Position numbers and translations under genes: made by a program
In this document: positions 22,801 to 32,619 of the stretch, piece by piece
Layout of the letters: the number at the start of each line of letters is the position of its first letter
Position numbering within the stretch: position 1 is the stretch's first letter
Notes under the pieces: generated by a model
What the model was told of the DNA's origin: nothing
Databases searched by the model: none
Seen by the model: the letters and a program-made list of their open reading frames with translations, nothing else
Assembly: GCA_965112155.1 (NCBI GenBank)
Contig: OZ218103.1
From: Podarcis liolepis
Lineage: Eukaryota
DNA: 64,000 bases
Direction: 5' to 3' (one strand)

Positions 22801-25778
22801 ACTGTACTGTCTCAAAAATCCTGACTGTGAGAGAGAAAAAATTCTTCTTTTTCTTTCCTCTACTTCTCATTTTTCTTTCCACATCTCATTTGCAGAAGAT
22901 AGTAACAACAAGGCATTTGTAATGTTTTCTGCAAAAGCCAAGTTCAAGCACCATCATCCATACCTTTCTCAAGTTATTTGTAGGTGCCACAGAACTTGGG
23001 GAAGGGAGGAGACAATGAAGGGCACCAATAAAGGATTGGCTAGTAAAGCAAGTCCAAATGTGTGGATCCTTGCAACTAGCAAAGCAACCAAGGAAACTAT
23101 TAACCTGGGATTTCAGATACAAAATCACTATTACCTTCAGTAAGTAAGTGTACTAATAGTATGTTGTTCTGGAAGAATAGATACCTGTTTCTAAAGGCAG
23201 CCTTATGGGTAAAAGGTAAAGGTACCCCTGACCATTAGGTCCAGTCGCGGACAACTTTGGGGTTGTGGCGCTCATCTCGCTCTATAGGCGAGGGAGCTGG
23301 CGTACAGCTTCCGGGTCATGTGGCCAGCATGACTAAGCCGCTTCTGGCGAACCAGAGCAGCGCATGGAAACACCGTTTACCTTCCCGCTGGAGCGGTACC
23401 CATTTATCTACTTGCACTTGACGTGCTTTCGAACTGCTAGGTGGGCAGGAGCTGGGACCGAACAACGGGTGCTCACCCCGTCGTGGGGATTCGAACCACC
23501 AACCTTCTGATCGGCAAGCCCTAGGCTCTGTGGTTTAGACCACAGCACCACCCACATCCCTGGTATTCCCTTCAATAGCTTACCACAATACCAAATCTGA
23601 TGTCTATAATCATCCTGCAACATCTTAGTTCACAAGCGTTCCCATTACTTTATTCATAACCACTTACTTTACAAGGAAACACACTATCATAGTACAATTG
23701 TAATAAATAAAATACCTACAATTCTCCAGTTCCTTTTAATGTAATTCTTGAATGTGACAGAGGCACAGACTTTGATGACATTATCTTGGGACTTCTCCAG
23801 TAGAGTTAAAAGTAGCAGTGGGTAATTCTGGTTTCCTTCAACCGACTCAAGGAATTTTTCCGCTATAAAGCATTTAAATATAATGAATTTAGCATAAAGG
23901 TTAGCTATTCCACAGTCTAAACACCAAACATTTAACACCATTTAATACAATACCAAGCTAGTGTTTAGCATGATACAGTGAAGAAATGGCTATTAATGGA
24001 TGGTATCCTACTAAGCCACACTTAGGGTAGATCCACTGAAATCAATTTACTTTAGTCACAACCAGCTTGTTCAATACCGCTACTGTTACTTGACCTACAC
24101 AGAGTATGACTTAGTTGGATATCGCCTAATATTTCTATGACAGTACTTGCAACCCCACAATTATTAAACAGCTGAAATATGGCAACTGCAAATCATTTTA
24201 TATGCAGATCAGGAAGCTGCTCTTAAATTCTGTATCTTCACAATTTATGAAAAGGTAGCCCAGTTTGGACTGTCATCTTAACCTAAATGTTATGACTGTG
24301 AATAACAAAGAGACAAAAAATATTAAGCCTCTCCTCTTCATTTTACTGAAAAACTTTGACTCATATAGTATTTTGAAAGTTTTCCAGAAATGCAGAATGC
24401 ACAGCAAGAATTAGTACTGGAAGACCCAATTTAACTGATGGGAAGTAATTTAATGAAATAGTTACGTATTTTGTAAAATTTAACAGTTGAACACCAATAT
24501 TATACATATTTACTTATTTATATTTTGCAGTGTTAATAAACTGTTTTGGATTCAAAGAACCACATAACTAGTTCCACACAGCCAACAGATGTTTAGACTT
24601 AATGTTTCTTGTACAGAAGCTCTCCATGCTGCATGACAAGCCTGTTGTGAGAGCAGTTTCATAAGCTGTGTGAGATTTGGCCTGAGGATCTGCTGTTAAA
24701 AGCGGGAGGGGGGAGTCAACAATTCCACTAGGCAAAAACAGCACCTCCAGTAGTGACTCTTTCTAAGAGGTCAGGACAGTGTGGACCTGACCTTCAATGC
24801 AATTCAACGAATATTTATTCAAAAGCAAATCCCAGTATATTCAATGGGGCTTACTCAGATATAAGCATGCAGAGATCACTAATTTATCTGAACAGCTAAT
24901 AAATAAAGATGTGCAAAATACACATTTGCCCCTCCTCTAGTCTTTTTGAAATTAGTTTGATTTTTCTTGAGATTTCCACAGTTACTTTGCCTAAGCAGGA
25001 CCCCCTGAATTCACATTTACTATCCTGAGTGAGACTGTGGGTACAATCAAGATAAGTAAGGCATGCCTAATGAAGCTGAAGGGACATGAAGTGCTTAAAC
25101 AGTTCACCTCAACTTCAAATCTGATTTCAGATTTCAATGCAACCTCCTCTCTTTGCATCATGCCCAATCACCTCAAAGGCAGATTTCAGAATGGAACCAT
25201 GGACAGTTAATATGACTCAGAAAGTATTCACTGATCCGTCATGCAGTTTTGATCGCAGGAAGATTAAAGCCAACTTGCATTTAATAATCAGTAATGTGAC
25301 TGCAATTCAAAAAGCATACAGATGGACCTTCTAACGTTTTTTTTAAAAGAATGTATGTCCAACTGTCACATGAGGTTTCCAGGGGTCAGCCATCCCACCC
25401 ACACAACTGATCTGCATTTAAAGTGACAGAAAGTAAAAAGAGGTCTCATTTTGACACATACTGATTTCAGTCAGCCTGCTCCTTCAGATAAGAAAATATT
25501 GAAAAAAATCAAGCAGTTTTCTTTTTCATTAATGAATGTTGTTCCAACAGTTTGAAAAACCATGTTCTGGGCCATTACCATTGATTCTGAAAAAACCAGA
25601 AAATGACTAAACAGATCTTATAATGTTTTGGGTCAAACTATCACTAGGCACCATTTAATGCAGGCTCAAATTTCATATTTTTAAACTGTTTACCAGGACG
25701 CCTTATGGCAGGATCAGGATCAAGTGTCTTCTTTAAGTATTCTGTCAAAGTCTGCAAATTGGCATCACTCAGTTCCAT
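1766..25778 (-). CDS. CSE1L: Exportin-2 / CAS (chromosome segregation 1-like), complete spliced CDS, 24 coding exons, 2916 nt = 971 aa
   Basis: Exon translations run MELSDANLQTLTEYLKKTLDPDPAIRRP ... VPSMLSTSLNAEALKFLQGYLQAASVTLL*. All introns are GT-AG, phases are compatible and exon lengths sum to 2916. Confidence 0.98.
1907..2247. mobile_element. Non-autonomous Tc1/mariner/pogo-type MITE
   Basis: 22-bp TIRs CAGTGGTGCC(T/C)CGCAAGACGAA (21/22 match); TA on both flanks (1905-1906, 2248-2249). Confidence 0.9.
3030..3261 (-). CDS. CSE1L: CSE1L exon 24
   Basis: TPLLQALIGLFELPEDDTLPDEEHFIDIEDTPGYQTAFSQLAFAGKKEHDPVG...STACPGR. Confidence 0.96.
3843..4020. mobile_element. Penelope-like retroelement remnant (inverted pLTR fragment) with hammerhead-like core
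   Basis: GGTAGCCGTGTTGGTCTG...GCACCTTAAAGACCAAC...GAGCTTTCGTG resembles reptile PLE termini; perfect 59-bp inverted repeat; 14-bp flanking duplication ATTCAAGCTCTAGT. Confidence 0.8.
4772..4918 (-). CDS. CSE1L: CSE1L exon 23
   Basis: MFGMVLEKIIIPEIQKVSGQVEKKICAVGITKILTECPPMMDTEYTKL. Confidence 0.95.
5343..5900 (-). mobile_element. 5'-truncated LINE 3' end with degenerate CCHC zinc knuckle (clade uncertain), AATAAA and (TATC)n tail
   Basis: Minus translation CLGC...[frameshift]LHHILFNCPLY...RIL...LL...VARFL; tail at 5343-5357. Confidence 0.6.
6090..6290 (+). mobile_element. tRNA-derived SINE (Squam3/MIR-like), diverged
   Basis: A/B-box head GTGGTACAGTGG...GGTTCAAATCCC; core CCTAACCTACTTCACAGGGTTGTTGTGAG. 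Confidence 0.75.
6334..6415 (-). CDS. CSE1L: CSE1L exon 22
   Basis: FLVFINLYCVRYGAIALQEIFDSIQP; donor GTTAGT. Confidence 0.93.
6728..6889. mobile_element. Short Tc1/mariner-type MITE
   Basis: TIR CAGTGGTACCTT / AAGGTACCACTG; TA TSD at 6726-6727 and 6890-6891. Confidence 0.85.
7010..7095 (-). CDS. CSE1L: CSE1L exon 21
   Basis: ESIDQYRKQIFILLFQRLQNSKTTKFIK. Confidence 0.94.
7264..7361 (-). CDS. CSE1L: CSE1L exon 20
   Basis: PGLLGVFQKLIASKLNDHQGFYLLNSIIEHMP. Confidence 0.95.
8490..8515. repeat. (CA)n microsatellite
   Basis: Direct reading. Confidence 0.95.
8553..8761 (-). CDS. CSE1L: CSE1L exon 19
   Basis: FIPYVFQVMSLLLEMHKNDIPSSYMALFPHLLQPVLWERSGNIPPLVRLLQAYLERGASTIANAAADKI. Confidence 0.95.
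9172..9322 (-). CDS. CSE1L: CSE1L exon 18
   Basis: NPSKPHFNHYMFESICLSIRITCKANPTAIGSFEDALFMVFTEILQNDVQ. Confidence 0.95.
10255..10352 (-). CDS. CSE1L: CSE1L exon 17
   Basis: IMRSFSLLQEAIIPYIPSLITQLTQKLLAVSK. Confidence 0.95.
10600..10703 (-). CDS. CSE1L: CSE1L exon 16
   Basis: ITAAEMAPYTEMLLTNLFKALTLPGSSENEYIMK. Confidence 0.95.
11078..11214 (-). CDS. CSE1L: CSE1L exon 15
   Basis: VPKEQLLVSIPLLINHLQAESIVVHTYAAHALERLFTMKGANNTT. Confidence 0.95.
11551..11688. mobile_element. hAT-type MITE containing TTAGGG repeats
   Basis: TIR CAGTGGCGTAGC / GCTACGCCACTG; 8-bp TSD CCGTGTGT (11543-11550, 11689-11696). Confidence 0.9.
12362..12423 (-). CDS. CSE1L: CSE1L exon 14
   Basis: NEFPVLKADGIKYIMIFRNQ. 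Confidence 0.94.
13323..13407 (-). CDS. CSE1L: CSE1L exon 13
   Basis: HGITQANELVNLTEFFVNHILPDLKSPN. Confidence 0.94.
14379..14581 (-). CDS. CSE1L: CSE1L exon 12
   Basis: IDTRRRAACDLVRGLCKFFEGPVTG...AIYLVTSLASKAQTQK. Confidence 0.95.
15660..15725 (-). CDS. CSE1L: CSE1L exon 11
   Basis: ADEEAFEDNSEEYIRRDLEGS. Confidence 0.94.
15926..16169 (-). mobile_element. Young tRNA-derived SINE (Squam3-like)
   Basis: Reverse complement of the copy at 26011-26250; head GAGCCAGTGTGGTGTAGTGGTTAAGAGC, tail CCAAACTCTTCT. Confidence 0.85.
17197..17326 (-). CDS. CSE1L: CSE1L exon 10
   Basis: LVSNAIQFLASVCERPHYKHLFEDQNTLTSICEKVIVPNMEFR. Confidence 0.95.
17419..17586 (-). CDS. CSE1L: CSE1L exon 9
   Basis: DEEEAGLLELLKSQICDNAALYAQKYDEEFQPYLPRFVTAIWNLLVTTGQEVKYDL. 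Confidence 0.95.
18425..18517 (-). CDS. CSE1L: CSE1L exon 8
   Basis: DLPEFFEDNMETWMMNFHNLLTLDNKLLQTD. Confidence 0.95.
19462..19569 (-). CDS. CSE1L: CSE1L exon 7
   Basis: ATIELCSTHANDVSALKVLFSSLILIAKLFYSLNFQ. Confidence 0.95.
20105..20195 (-). CDS. CSE1L: CSE1L exon 6
   Basis: YRHEFKSNELWTEIKLVLDAFALPLTNLFK. Confidence 0.95.
20361..20506 (-). CDS. CSE1L: CSE1L exon 5
   Basis: LSDAISIIGREDFPQKWPDLLTEMVNRFQSGDFHVINGVLRTAHSLFK. Confidence 0.95.
21798..21899 (-). CDS. CSE1L: CSE1L exon 4
   Basis: IEDEPNKICEADRIAIKANIVHLMLSSPEQIQKQ. Confidence 0.95.
23208..23560 (-). mobile_element. Sauria SINE (Squam1), near full length
   Basis: tRNA-like head GGTGGTTCGAATCCCC, body GGTCATGTGGCCAGCATGACTAAGCCGC, (ACCTTT)n tail. 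Confidence 0.9.
23720..23862 (-). CDS. CSE1L: CSE1L exon 3
   Basis: EKFLESVEGNQNYPLLLL...NYIKRNWRI; AG/GT boundaries. Confidence 0.96.
25694..25778 (-). CDS. CSE1L: CSE1L exon 2, coding part (ATG at 25778; exon starts ~25789)
   Basis: MELSDANLQTLTEYLKKTLDPDPAIRRP; donor GTAAA. Confidence 0.96.
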
Positions 25779-26010
25779 AACTGCAGAACCTAAAAATTTA
25801 ACAAAAATTTCTATAAAAATCAGAAACAAGAACAAGAGTCATAAGCAAAGTTTCTGTATATTGCTACATGTTTTTGAACCACCTCTTATACTTGTTTCCA
25901 TTGCCTTCTGAAAAATCTCTCTGGAAAGTCAAGGATCCCTTGGGAACAACCACTAGAAGAAAAAACCCTGCAGGCATGTATGAAAACCTCTAGGTGCACA
26001 CATGCAGTTC

Positions 26011-26250
26011 AAGAGCCAGTGTGGTGTAGTGGTTAAGAGCAGTAGACTTGTAATCTGGTGAACCAGGTTCGCTTCACCACTCCTCCACATGCAGCTGCTG
26101 GGTGACTTTGGGCTAGTCACACTTCTCTCAGCCCCACTTACCTCACAAAGTGTTTATATGGGGGAGGAAGGGAAAGGAGAATGTTAGCTGCTTTGAGACT
26201 CCTTAGGGTAATGATAAAGCGGGATATCAAATCCAAACTCCTCCTCTTCT
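26011..26250 (+). mobile_element. Young tRNA-derived SINE (Squam3-like)
   Basis: Pol III A/B-box-like head; 3' end GCGGGATATCAAATCCAAACTCCTCCTCTTCT. Confidence 0.85.
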
Positions 26251-26857
26251 TTAGTTTTAGATAAGTTACATACAACATACTTGACCATCACACAAAATCA
26301 GGAACCAAAGTGATCATTCACACACATGTACTCATAGACAATTATTGACAACTGATTATAATACTGAGAGGCCTCTGGAAACAACAAGAATTTCCTCTCC
26401 TGCGCAACTGGGCAAGAGAAAGGTCACTATACTCTCATTCCTCTTCTGAAACTGACAGCCCCAGTTGGAACACTGAACTCTCCTCCTGAATTCTAGGCTG
26501 ATCACTGATCTACTGAGAGCCATAGGACCAAGGATAAACAGTTGAGCAAAGAGGAGGGCACATCATGTGTGAATGTATGGATCTGATGGATAATGCAAGA
26601 AATGATGAACATGGCTAATTTAATACATGGCCTGTTAGAGGCATGAGGCGGTTAATAAGGCAACAAAGGGTGACCCTCCAGCTTCTCTTCCACAGATCAC
26701 GCTTCTTGGTTTACTGACAAGCTTGAACACTAGTGGTAAAAAACATAGAATTTTCCATACGGTGCAGGGGCTGACTCCACTCACTGTAACAGTTAAATTT
26801 TGCTGAAAAAGCTACTAAGGTACTGTCCAACTGGTCATAATTAGATACTGCCTATAG

Positions 26858-27038
26858 TAAGTAAAGGTAAAGGGACCCTTGACCATTAGGTCCAGTCGTG
26901 ACCGACTCTGGGGTTGCGGCGCTCATCTTGCTTTATTGACCGAGGGAGCCGGCGTACAGCTTCCAGGTCATGTGGCCAGCATGACTAAGCCGCTTCTGGC
27001 GAACCAGAGCAGCACATGGAAACACCGTTTACCTTTCC
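26858..27038 (-). mobile_element. Sauria SINE, 3' half
   Basis: Near-identical to 23208-23385. Confidence 0.85.
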
Positions 27039-27799
27039 TATAGAGGAAGTGTCAAAAGCATCCACTTGTTGCAGTTGCATGGCTCACGTTTGACCTAGTT
27101 TCCACACAGGTTGTTTGATACTGTGAAGGCCATGATGTGTTTTTTCACCCCAGACCCACCATGACAGATGAAAACTTCTAGCTACAATTACAAACATTTT
27201 CCTGGAGAAGGTCCACCCACTGTTTAAGAAACCATTGTTGTATGAGGAGGATCCAGCCGCTGTTAACCCAGTTTCACTGCTACAAAATGCTACTGCACAT
27301 CTCCTAAATAATACTGGGAGATATAAACATATTCTATTTCATACCATTTACCGATATGTCGATTACCTGTGCTGTGAGTTCAGGAAATGGCCATTATTTT
27401 TTCTCAACTCCTAATTTGCAATGTGGAAATAATATGCCATGCAAAATTACCACAAACGTTTATGGAAATCCTTTGAAATGTAACGTTCCATGCAAGCACC
27501 TAAGAATCACCTCTGAACACGTGCAGAGTGGCTTTCCCTTGCCACTGAACACCCGCAAGTCTCTTCCAAGTCAGGTTAGGAAACACCCTATTTCCGCATA
27601 AGCCTAGACCCATCACATCTTTCTGGAGCTACTAGCACCGTAGTCACTGACATGCATGCTTACTCTTAAGTCAGCCCAGCTCCATTCAGTGGGGCTCATG
27701 CCCAGGAAAAGCACGCAGAGGATTGCAGCCTAAGCCTTGCTTTGCACCCGCTCATTACACCCAGGGAACCAGGAGCTACAAATCCTGCTCCCTCCGCAG

Positions 27800-28660
27800 C
27801 ATGTGGCAGTCCCGTGGCCTCCGGGCTGAGTCCGCGAGGAGAGAGGCTTGGCCTTAATACCACGAAGGGGGAAATCGCAACGGAGAGACAGTGATTGAAA
27901 GTATATTCGGATCACACCACCTCGTTATTTCGCCCACCGGAGTGGCAGCTGCGGTGGCCAATCAACAGGGCGCTTTCGTCACGGGCTAGGCTCAAGGACC
28001 AACGGGGGGCGCGCGCAGCCCCAAAGGGGCGGGCCGAGGCAGACGCAGCATGCTCAGGTGCGCCCCCTCCCTCGGCTGGGCCCACAAGCCGAGAGCCACC
28101 CGAGGGCCGGGGAAGGCGGACCGCGGCCGCCTCCCTTCGGGGTTCCGCCGTCTCCCCCCCTGCCCGACTCAGGGCTCCGGACCCCCGCCGCTCAGGCGCC
28201 CGGCCTCACCTGACGGACCCCTTGAGAGAGCTCGACTAGCAGCGACGGCGGCGACAGCAACTCCTCCGCTTCACATTCAAACCTCGGCGAGAGGGCGCGG
28301 CGGCGACGTAGTGACCGAATTACGCAGGGCGCCGAGCGGCCTCTTCCCCTCTCCCCCCCCCCGCCGAGCACCAATCAGCGGCCGCCTTCTCGAAAGGCCC
28401 CAGCCAATCCCGAGCGCGAGCCTGCCCAGTCCGGGCGGGCCAATGGGCTTCGCCCTGCTCAGCGGTTTCCCACAAGGCAACGCGGCTTGGCTCAAGCCTG
28501 GCCCGGGAGGGTGAGAGCAGAAGGGCGGCGGCGCGCCCGGAAGCTGCATGGCGGTGCTGCTGCTGTCCTTTGGCTTCGTTCTGCTGATGCGCATCGGTCC
28601 ACCCAGGCTAACCCAGGGGTGGGTGGAAGGCAGAGCGGGACGTACGGGGACACCTTGTAA
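27800..28660. promoter_or_regulatory. CpG island / CSE1L promoter with three CCAAT boxes (28371, 28404, 28440), CHR-like TTTGAA (minus, 28281-28276), ETS CCGGAAG (28537-28543) and GC boxes
   Basis: Marked GC/CpG enrichment against an AT-rich background; motifs read directly; surrounds exon 1. Confidence 0.85.
28210..28290 (-). other. CSE1L: CSE1L non-coding exon 1 (5' end approximate)
   Basis: Strong donor CAG|GTGAGG at 28210/28209 inside a CpG island, upstream of the ATG exon. Confidence 0.75.
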
Positions 28661-28808
28661 AGGTTTATGATGATGTCGTCATCACATTTTGAACTTCTGC
28701 CCCTGCTCTGTACACGAATAGGGAAGCTTTTAAATGTTTTTATATATAAAACCCAGTCAGGTGGTCGGAGTACAAATAAACTAATATTATTCTTTGTGTA
28801 CCTTCGGC

Positions 28809-29187
28809 CAGGGTTGCCACCTGTCCTGTATAATACAGGATTGTCTCGCATTTCAGTATAAAAAGCGACGTCCTGTATTGATACAGTTTTGTCCTATATT
28901 TCAGGTCTTCTCTCTGCCAAGTTAGGGATCATCTCGCAACTGCATGTGTTTGAAAGGATGTGTGAAAAAGGTCATGTATTTAAGCTCTGCGTAGCCTAGC
29001 ACAGACAGATTTACAAGTTCATGTATGTGCGGGGGTGGGGGGTGGGGTTATGTGTATGACAGATTCCAGATTCCTGTTAGGCTGCAATAGATGGTAATGG
29101 ATTGCTTTTAAGTCACTTCAGTACCAGACCTTTTTTAAAAAAAAAATGCCCTCCCTGTACGTTGCCAGAATAAAGTTGGCAACTCTG
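28809..29187. mobile_element. Degenerate non-autonomous DNA transposon upstream of the CSE1L promoter
   Basis: Termini CAGGGTTGCCA / TGGCAACTCTG; repeated GTCCTGTAT subterminal motifs; no clean TSD. Confidence 0.5.
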
Positions 29188-30171
29188 CTTCAGACACACA
29201 CATAATAGGAGCTTTTGAACGTGGATGAGGAAAGGAGATAAGTGGGAGGCTGTCCTGGGAGCGCACACGATTGACCATGACATCTAGCTCGTGTTTCCAT
29301 CTGTGCTAGAAAGGCTTTGGTGTCTGTGTATCACTGCTGCCAGCTGCTGAGCGTAACTGGTATAGCACCTTCCACCCTTTCCATAGGGACCCCTCCATTC
29401 AATGCACATGATTTCTGCTCATGATGCTATTGCGGCAGTTATATGCAATCCCACTTTCAATACTTCTTGTGCCAGCAGAAGTTTTGGGGTAGTCATACTG
29501 CTTTGTTTCTAGTCCCTGCATATCCTGCTGAAATAATGCAACTTCACACTGTAAATGTGTTGCATTTTTTATTTTATTTTTTTGGTCCCACGTTAGTTGC
29601 CCTGGAGCCCCTCTGGACAGCAGTAATGTGGTAGTATTGGGGAAGCATCACAGAGTAACTAATAAAGCAGAATAAATCCACCACTAAGGCATTATTATCA
29701 TTATTAGCAGTATACACCTGCAGGAAAACACCAGACCAGGATGGGCTTTTCTTTACAACGAAGCTTTCAGAAAGCTGCAATAAAGCTTTCAGAACTAGGA
29801 CAATTGTACACCATATGCTGCCCCTGGGTGGCTACTGGGTACTAGCAAAGCAAAATATTCACTATGCTTATATTCCATTCTCTTGGAAAGCTCTGAGTGC
29901 TTTATATGGATGGGGCAACCAGGGTTCTGACCAGATACTGCTCATGTGCAAACACAGCAGCTTAACTTTGACAATGCTGCAGGCGTCACATGCTCACTTT
30001 GCAGTGCTGTAGTCAGCAGACACTTTGAAAACAGAACTGAAATATTTAACTTCCGGCTACCTGCTGCACGTTGCTACAAATTTTATACATACAAAAAGGG
30101 CAGATGAACATGACATGTAGTTGCATGCAACTATTGGCCCTGGTTTATATTTATTTATTCATTCATTCATT

Positions 30172-30176
<5 letters not shown>

Positions 30177-30228
<52 letters not shown>
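30177..30228. repeat. (TA)n microsatellite, ~26 units
   Basis: Direct reading. Confidence 0.97.
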
Positions 30229-30229
<1 letters not shown>

Positions 30230-30864
30230 TACAGCAGCAGAGGTTGCAATCTTCCTTGGAAGAGCAGCAGCAGGGGACTGAATGGTTCTGAAAATCGCAA
30301 CTACTTTTTCTCTTGAAAAGGAAAAAGATGGTAGAACTGGTGCACTTTTGTCCATGGGCAAAACAGTTTACAATAAAATTATGTAAACGTAATTGTACAT
30401 GTTTATACCAGGGGTATCCCTTTACAGCAGGTGTAACCAATGTGGGGTCTTCCAGATGTTGTTGAACTCCAACTCCCACCAGCCCCAGCCACCACTGGGG
30501 ACATTAGGGGAGTCCGACACACTGCAAAGTGCTGGATAAGTAGATCCTTGTGTTGCAACTACTGACACCACACATAGGGAAGATCCTTGAATAGAAATCA
30601 TTGCTATGAATGTATCATTCTTGACTGGATTGGGTGACGCATAGCAAGCTGTTCCATCGATCTGCCGGTATTGGAACACACTTTGGCTGGTTCCAGACAA
30701 GGTGTTTATTGTGGAATGAGTGGGTCTCATTCACTCAAAATTTTACAAGGGGAAGTGGACCAGATGGTATCAGGCATGTTATACCTGTGTTTTCCTCTAT
30801 AGTATCACCCCATCCGACTGGATACAAATAGTTGATGTAAGCTTGAAATCATTGCATTTGAAAA

Positions 30865-32550
30865 AGAAAGTTCGTTTTTAAACTTTTATTTACCACCTGA
30901 TTAAAGCATGGAATACAACAGTATTATACATAATATTTTTATGTAAAAAACTTTACATAGCTTTTCATAATTATATAATTATTCTGCTATTCTCTCAAAA
31001 ATGTATACATCCATCGGGCAAGGAATGCTTTTCATTAACTTAATGATATTAAATGCACTTCATAATAGAAGATCTCTTAAGAAAAAAAGTAGCTTGTAAC
31101 TAATTTTAGGCATTTATATAGGTAAAACATTTTGCACAAAGTATATTTTATTTAAAGTTGCAAAGAGATATTCAGGACAAAATGTCAAGACATTTAGGAA
31201 CTGCACCTCTCACAAATTGTTTCAAGCCAAGGATCATATCATCCAATTAAATGTTAAAATAAAATTTGGGGGCAAATTTCACTGGCCATTCTACACTGGC
31301 TTACCTTATCTTCAAACACAATTGTGCTAGTGGTAAGCAAACTATCCTTATAAAATGCAACACACAAAGATTTAAGCAAACTTTATTCCATCAACTTTGC
31401 TCAAAAAATAAACCAGCTTGTGTGCAAATACGCAGGCTTAAGACATTTGAGCCTCGGTTTGAATTTATACTACAGACCTTTAACATACAGGAGCTGTACT
31501 GGACTTTTGTTCTATCTCTGGTTTAGAATTTAAATATATAAACTTAACTTTCAGAAATGGGTGCAAAAATAATAATAATAAAGCTCCATAAGACAACCCT
31601 CGAACCCTTCAGGACATCTGTCTACGTTAACCGTTTTTCCTCACCTGTTTACTGTAGAGTGCGTCTTCCAAATATTGACTACATGTAGATTTGTACATCT
31701 TGTCAGACTGTATTCTACACATTTTACTGTGGCATAACTTACTTCCATCAGTTTAAATGTCTCCAATTGTAAGAGTGCTCTGTGGGCTACTGTAGATACA
31801 ATGCTGGGCAGCCACAGTTTAAAGAGAATATGAGCAGGCTTTGTGTGTTCATATCTCCCTTCTCCAGTTCCTATTCCTGCTGCCCCATTTCCCAATTCAT
31901 AGTTTAACAATGTGTCTGCATCAGCAATAACCAGGGTTAATGCTAACCAGAGTTTACATCTTAAAACTGTTTGAGAAGCAGGTCTGCAACCTCTGGTTTA
32001 AGAGGAAACCTGATGACTGTTAACCACGAGTGCAGACAGTATAGTGGTAAAGCTAAACCATGGTTAATGCTGATAAGGACAGAGGGTAGGAATTCATACT
32101 AGAAATGGGAGGAAGGGGCCTGTGTTCTGCATGTGTCCATGGGTCACTCCTGATCTCTAAGTTATGGTTAACGGATGGGCAGAAATATGTACATAGGACC
32201 CTACACAATCTCTAATCCTACATTGGATCCAAGACACAGAATTCTGCTGCTGACCTGTACCAGCTGAATCAAATTTCATGTGGATCGAAGGAAGTCTATA
32301 GGAGGTACTGTGTTTAGTCTGCAGAATCTGCTCCATGATCTGCACTCAAATGAATTGCTGTGAAAGCAGCCGGAGAGAATTTCTATCACTGTTACGATTG
32401 TCTGTGGAGTTTGGTGCTGACAAAATGGAAAGGTGCACTGAAGCCCATAGCCACTGCAAGAACACATCCAGACATTACATGTACAATATCAATCTCCACA
32501 GATCTAGTACACACACACTTTCAGGAACATCTGGAGTAAGGCTATTATGG

Positions 32551-32619
<69 letters not shown>

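Noticed and set aside
22646-23143. Longest ORF in the track (165 aa, + strand)
   Set aside because: Antisense within CSE1L intron 3, non-ATG start, no recognisable domain; consistent with chance.
23480-23560. tRNA-like sequences (also 6090-6160, 26011-26090, 61025-61090)
   Set aside because: These are SINE heads followed by SINE bodies and tails, not tRNA genes.
27895-28594. Several 100-150 aa Pro/Arg/Gly-rich ORFs
   Set aside because: By-product of the GC-rich CpG island, where stop codons are rare.
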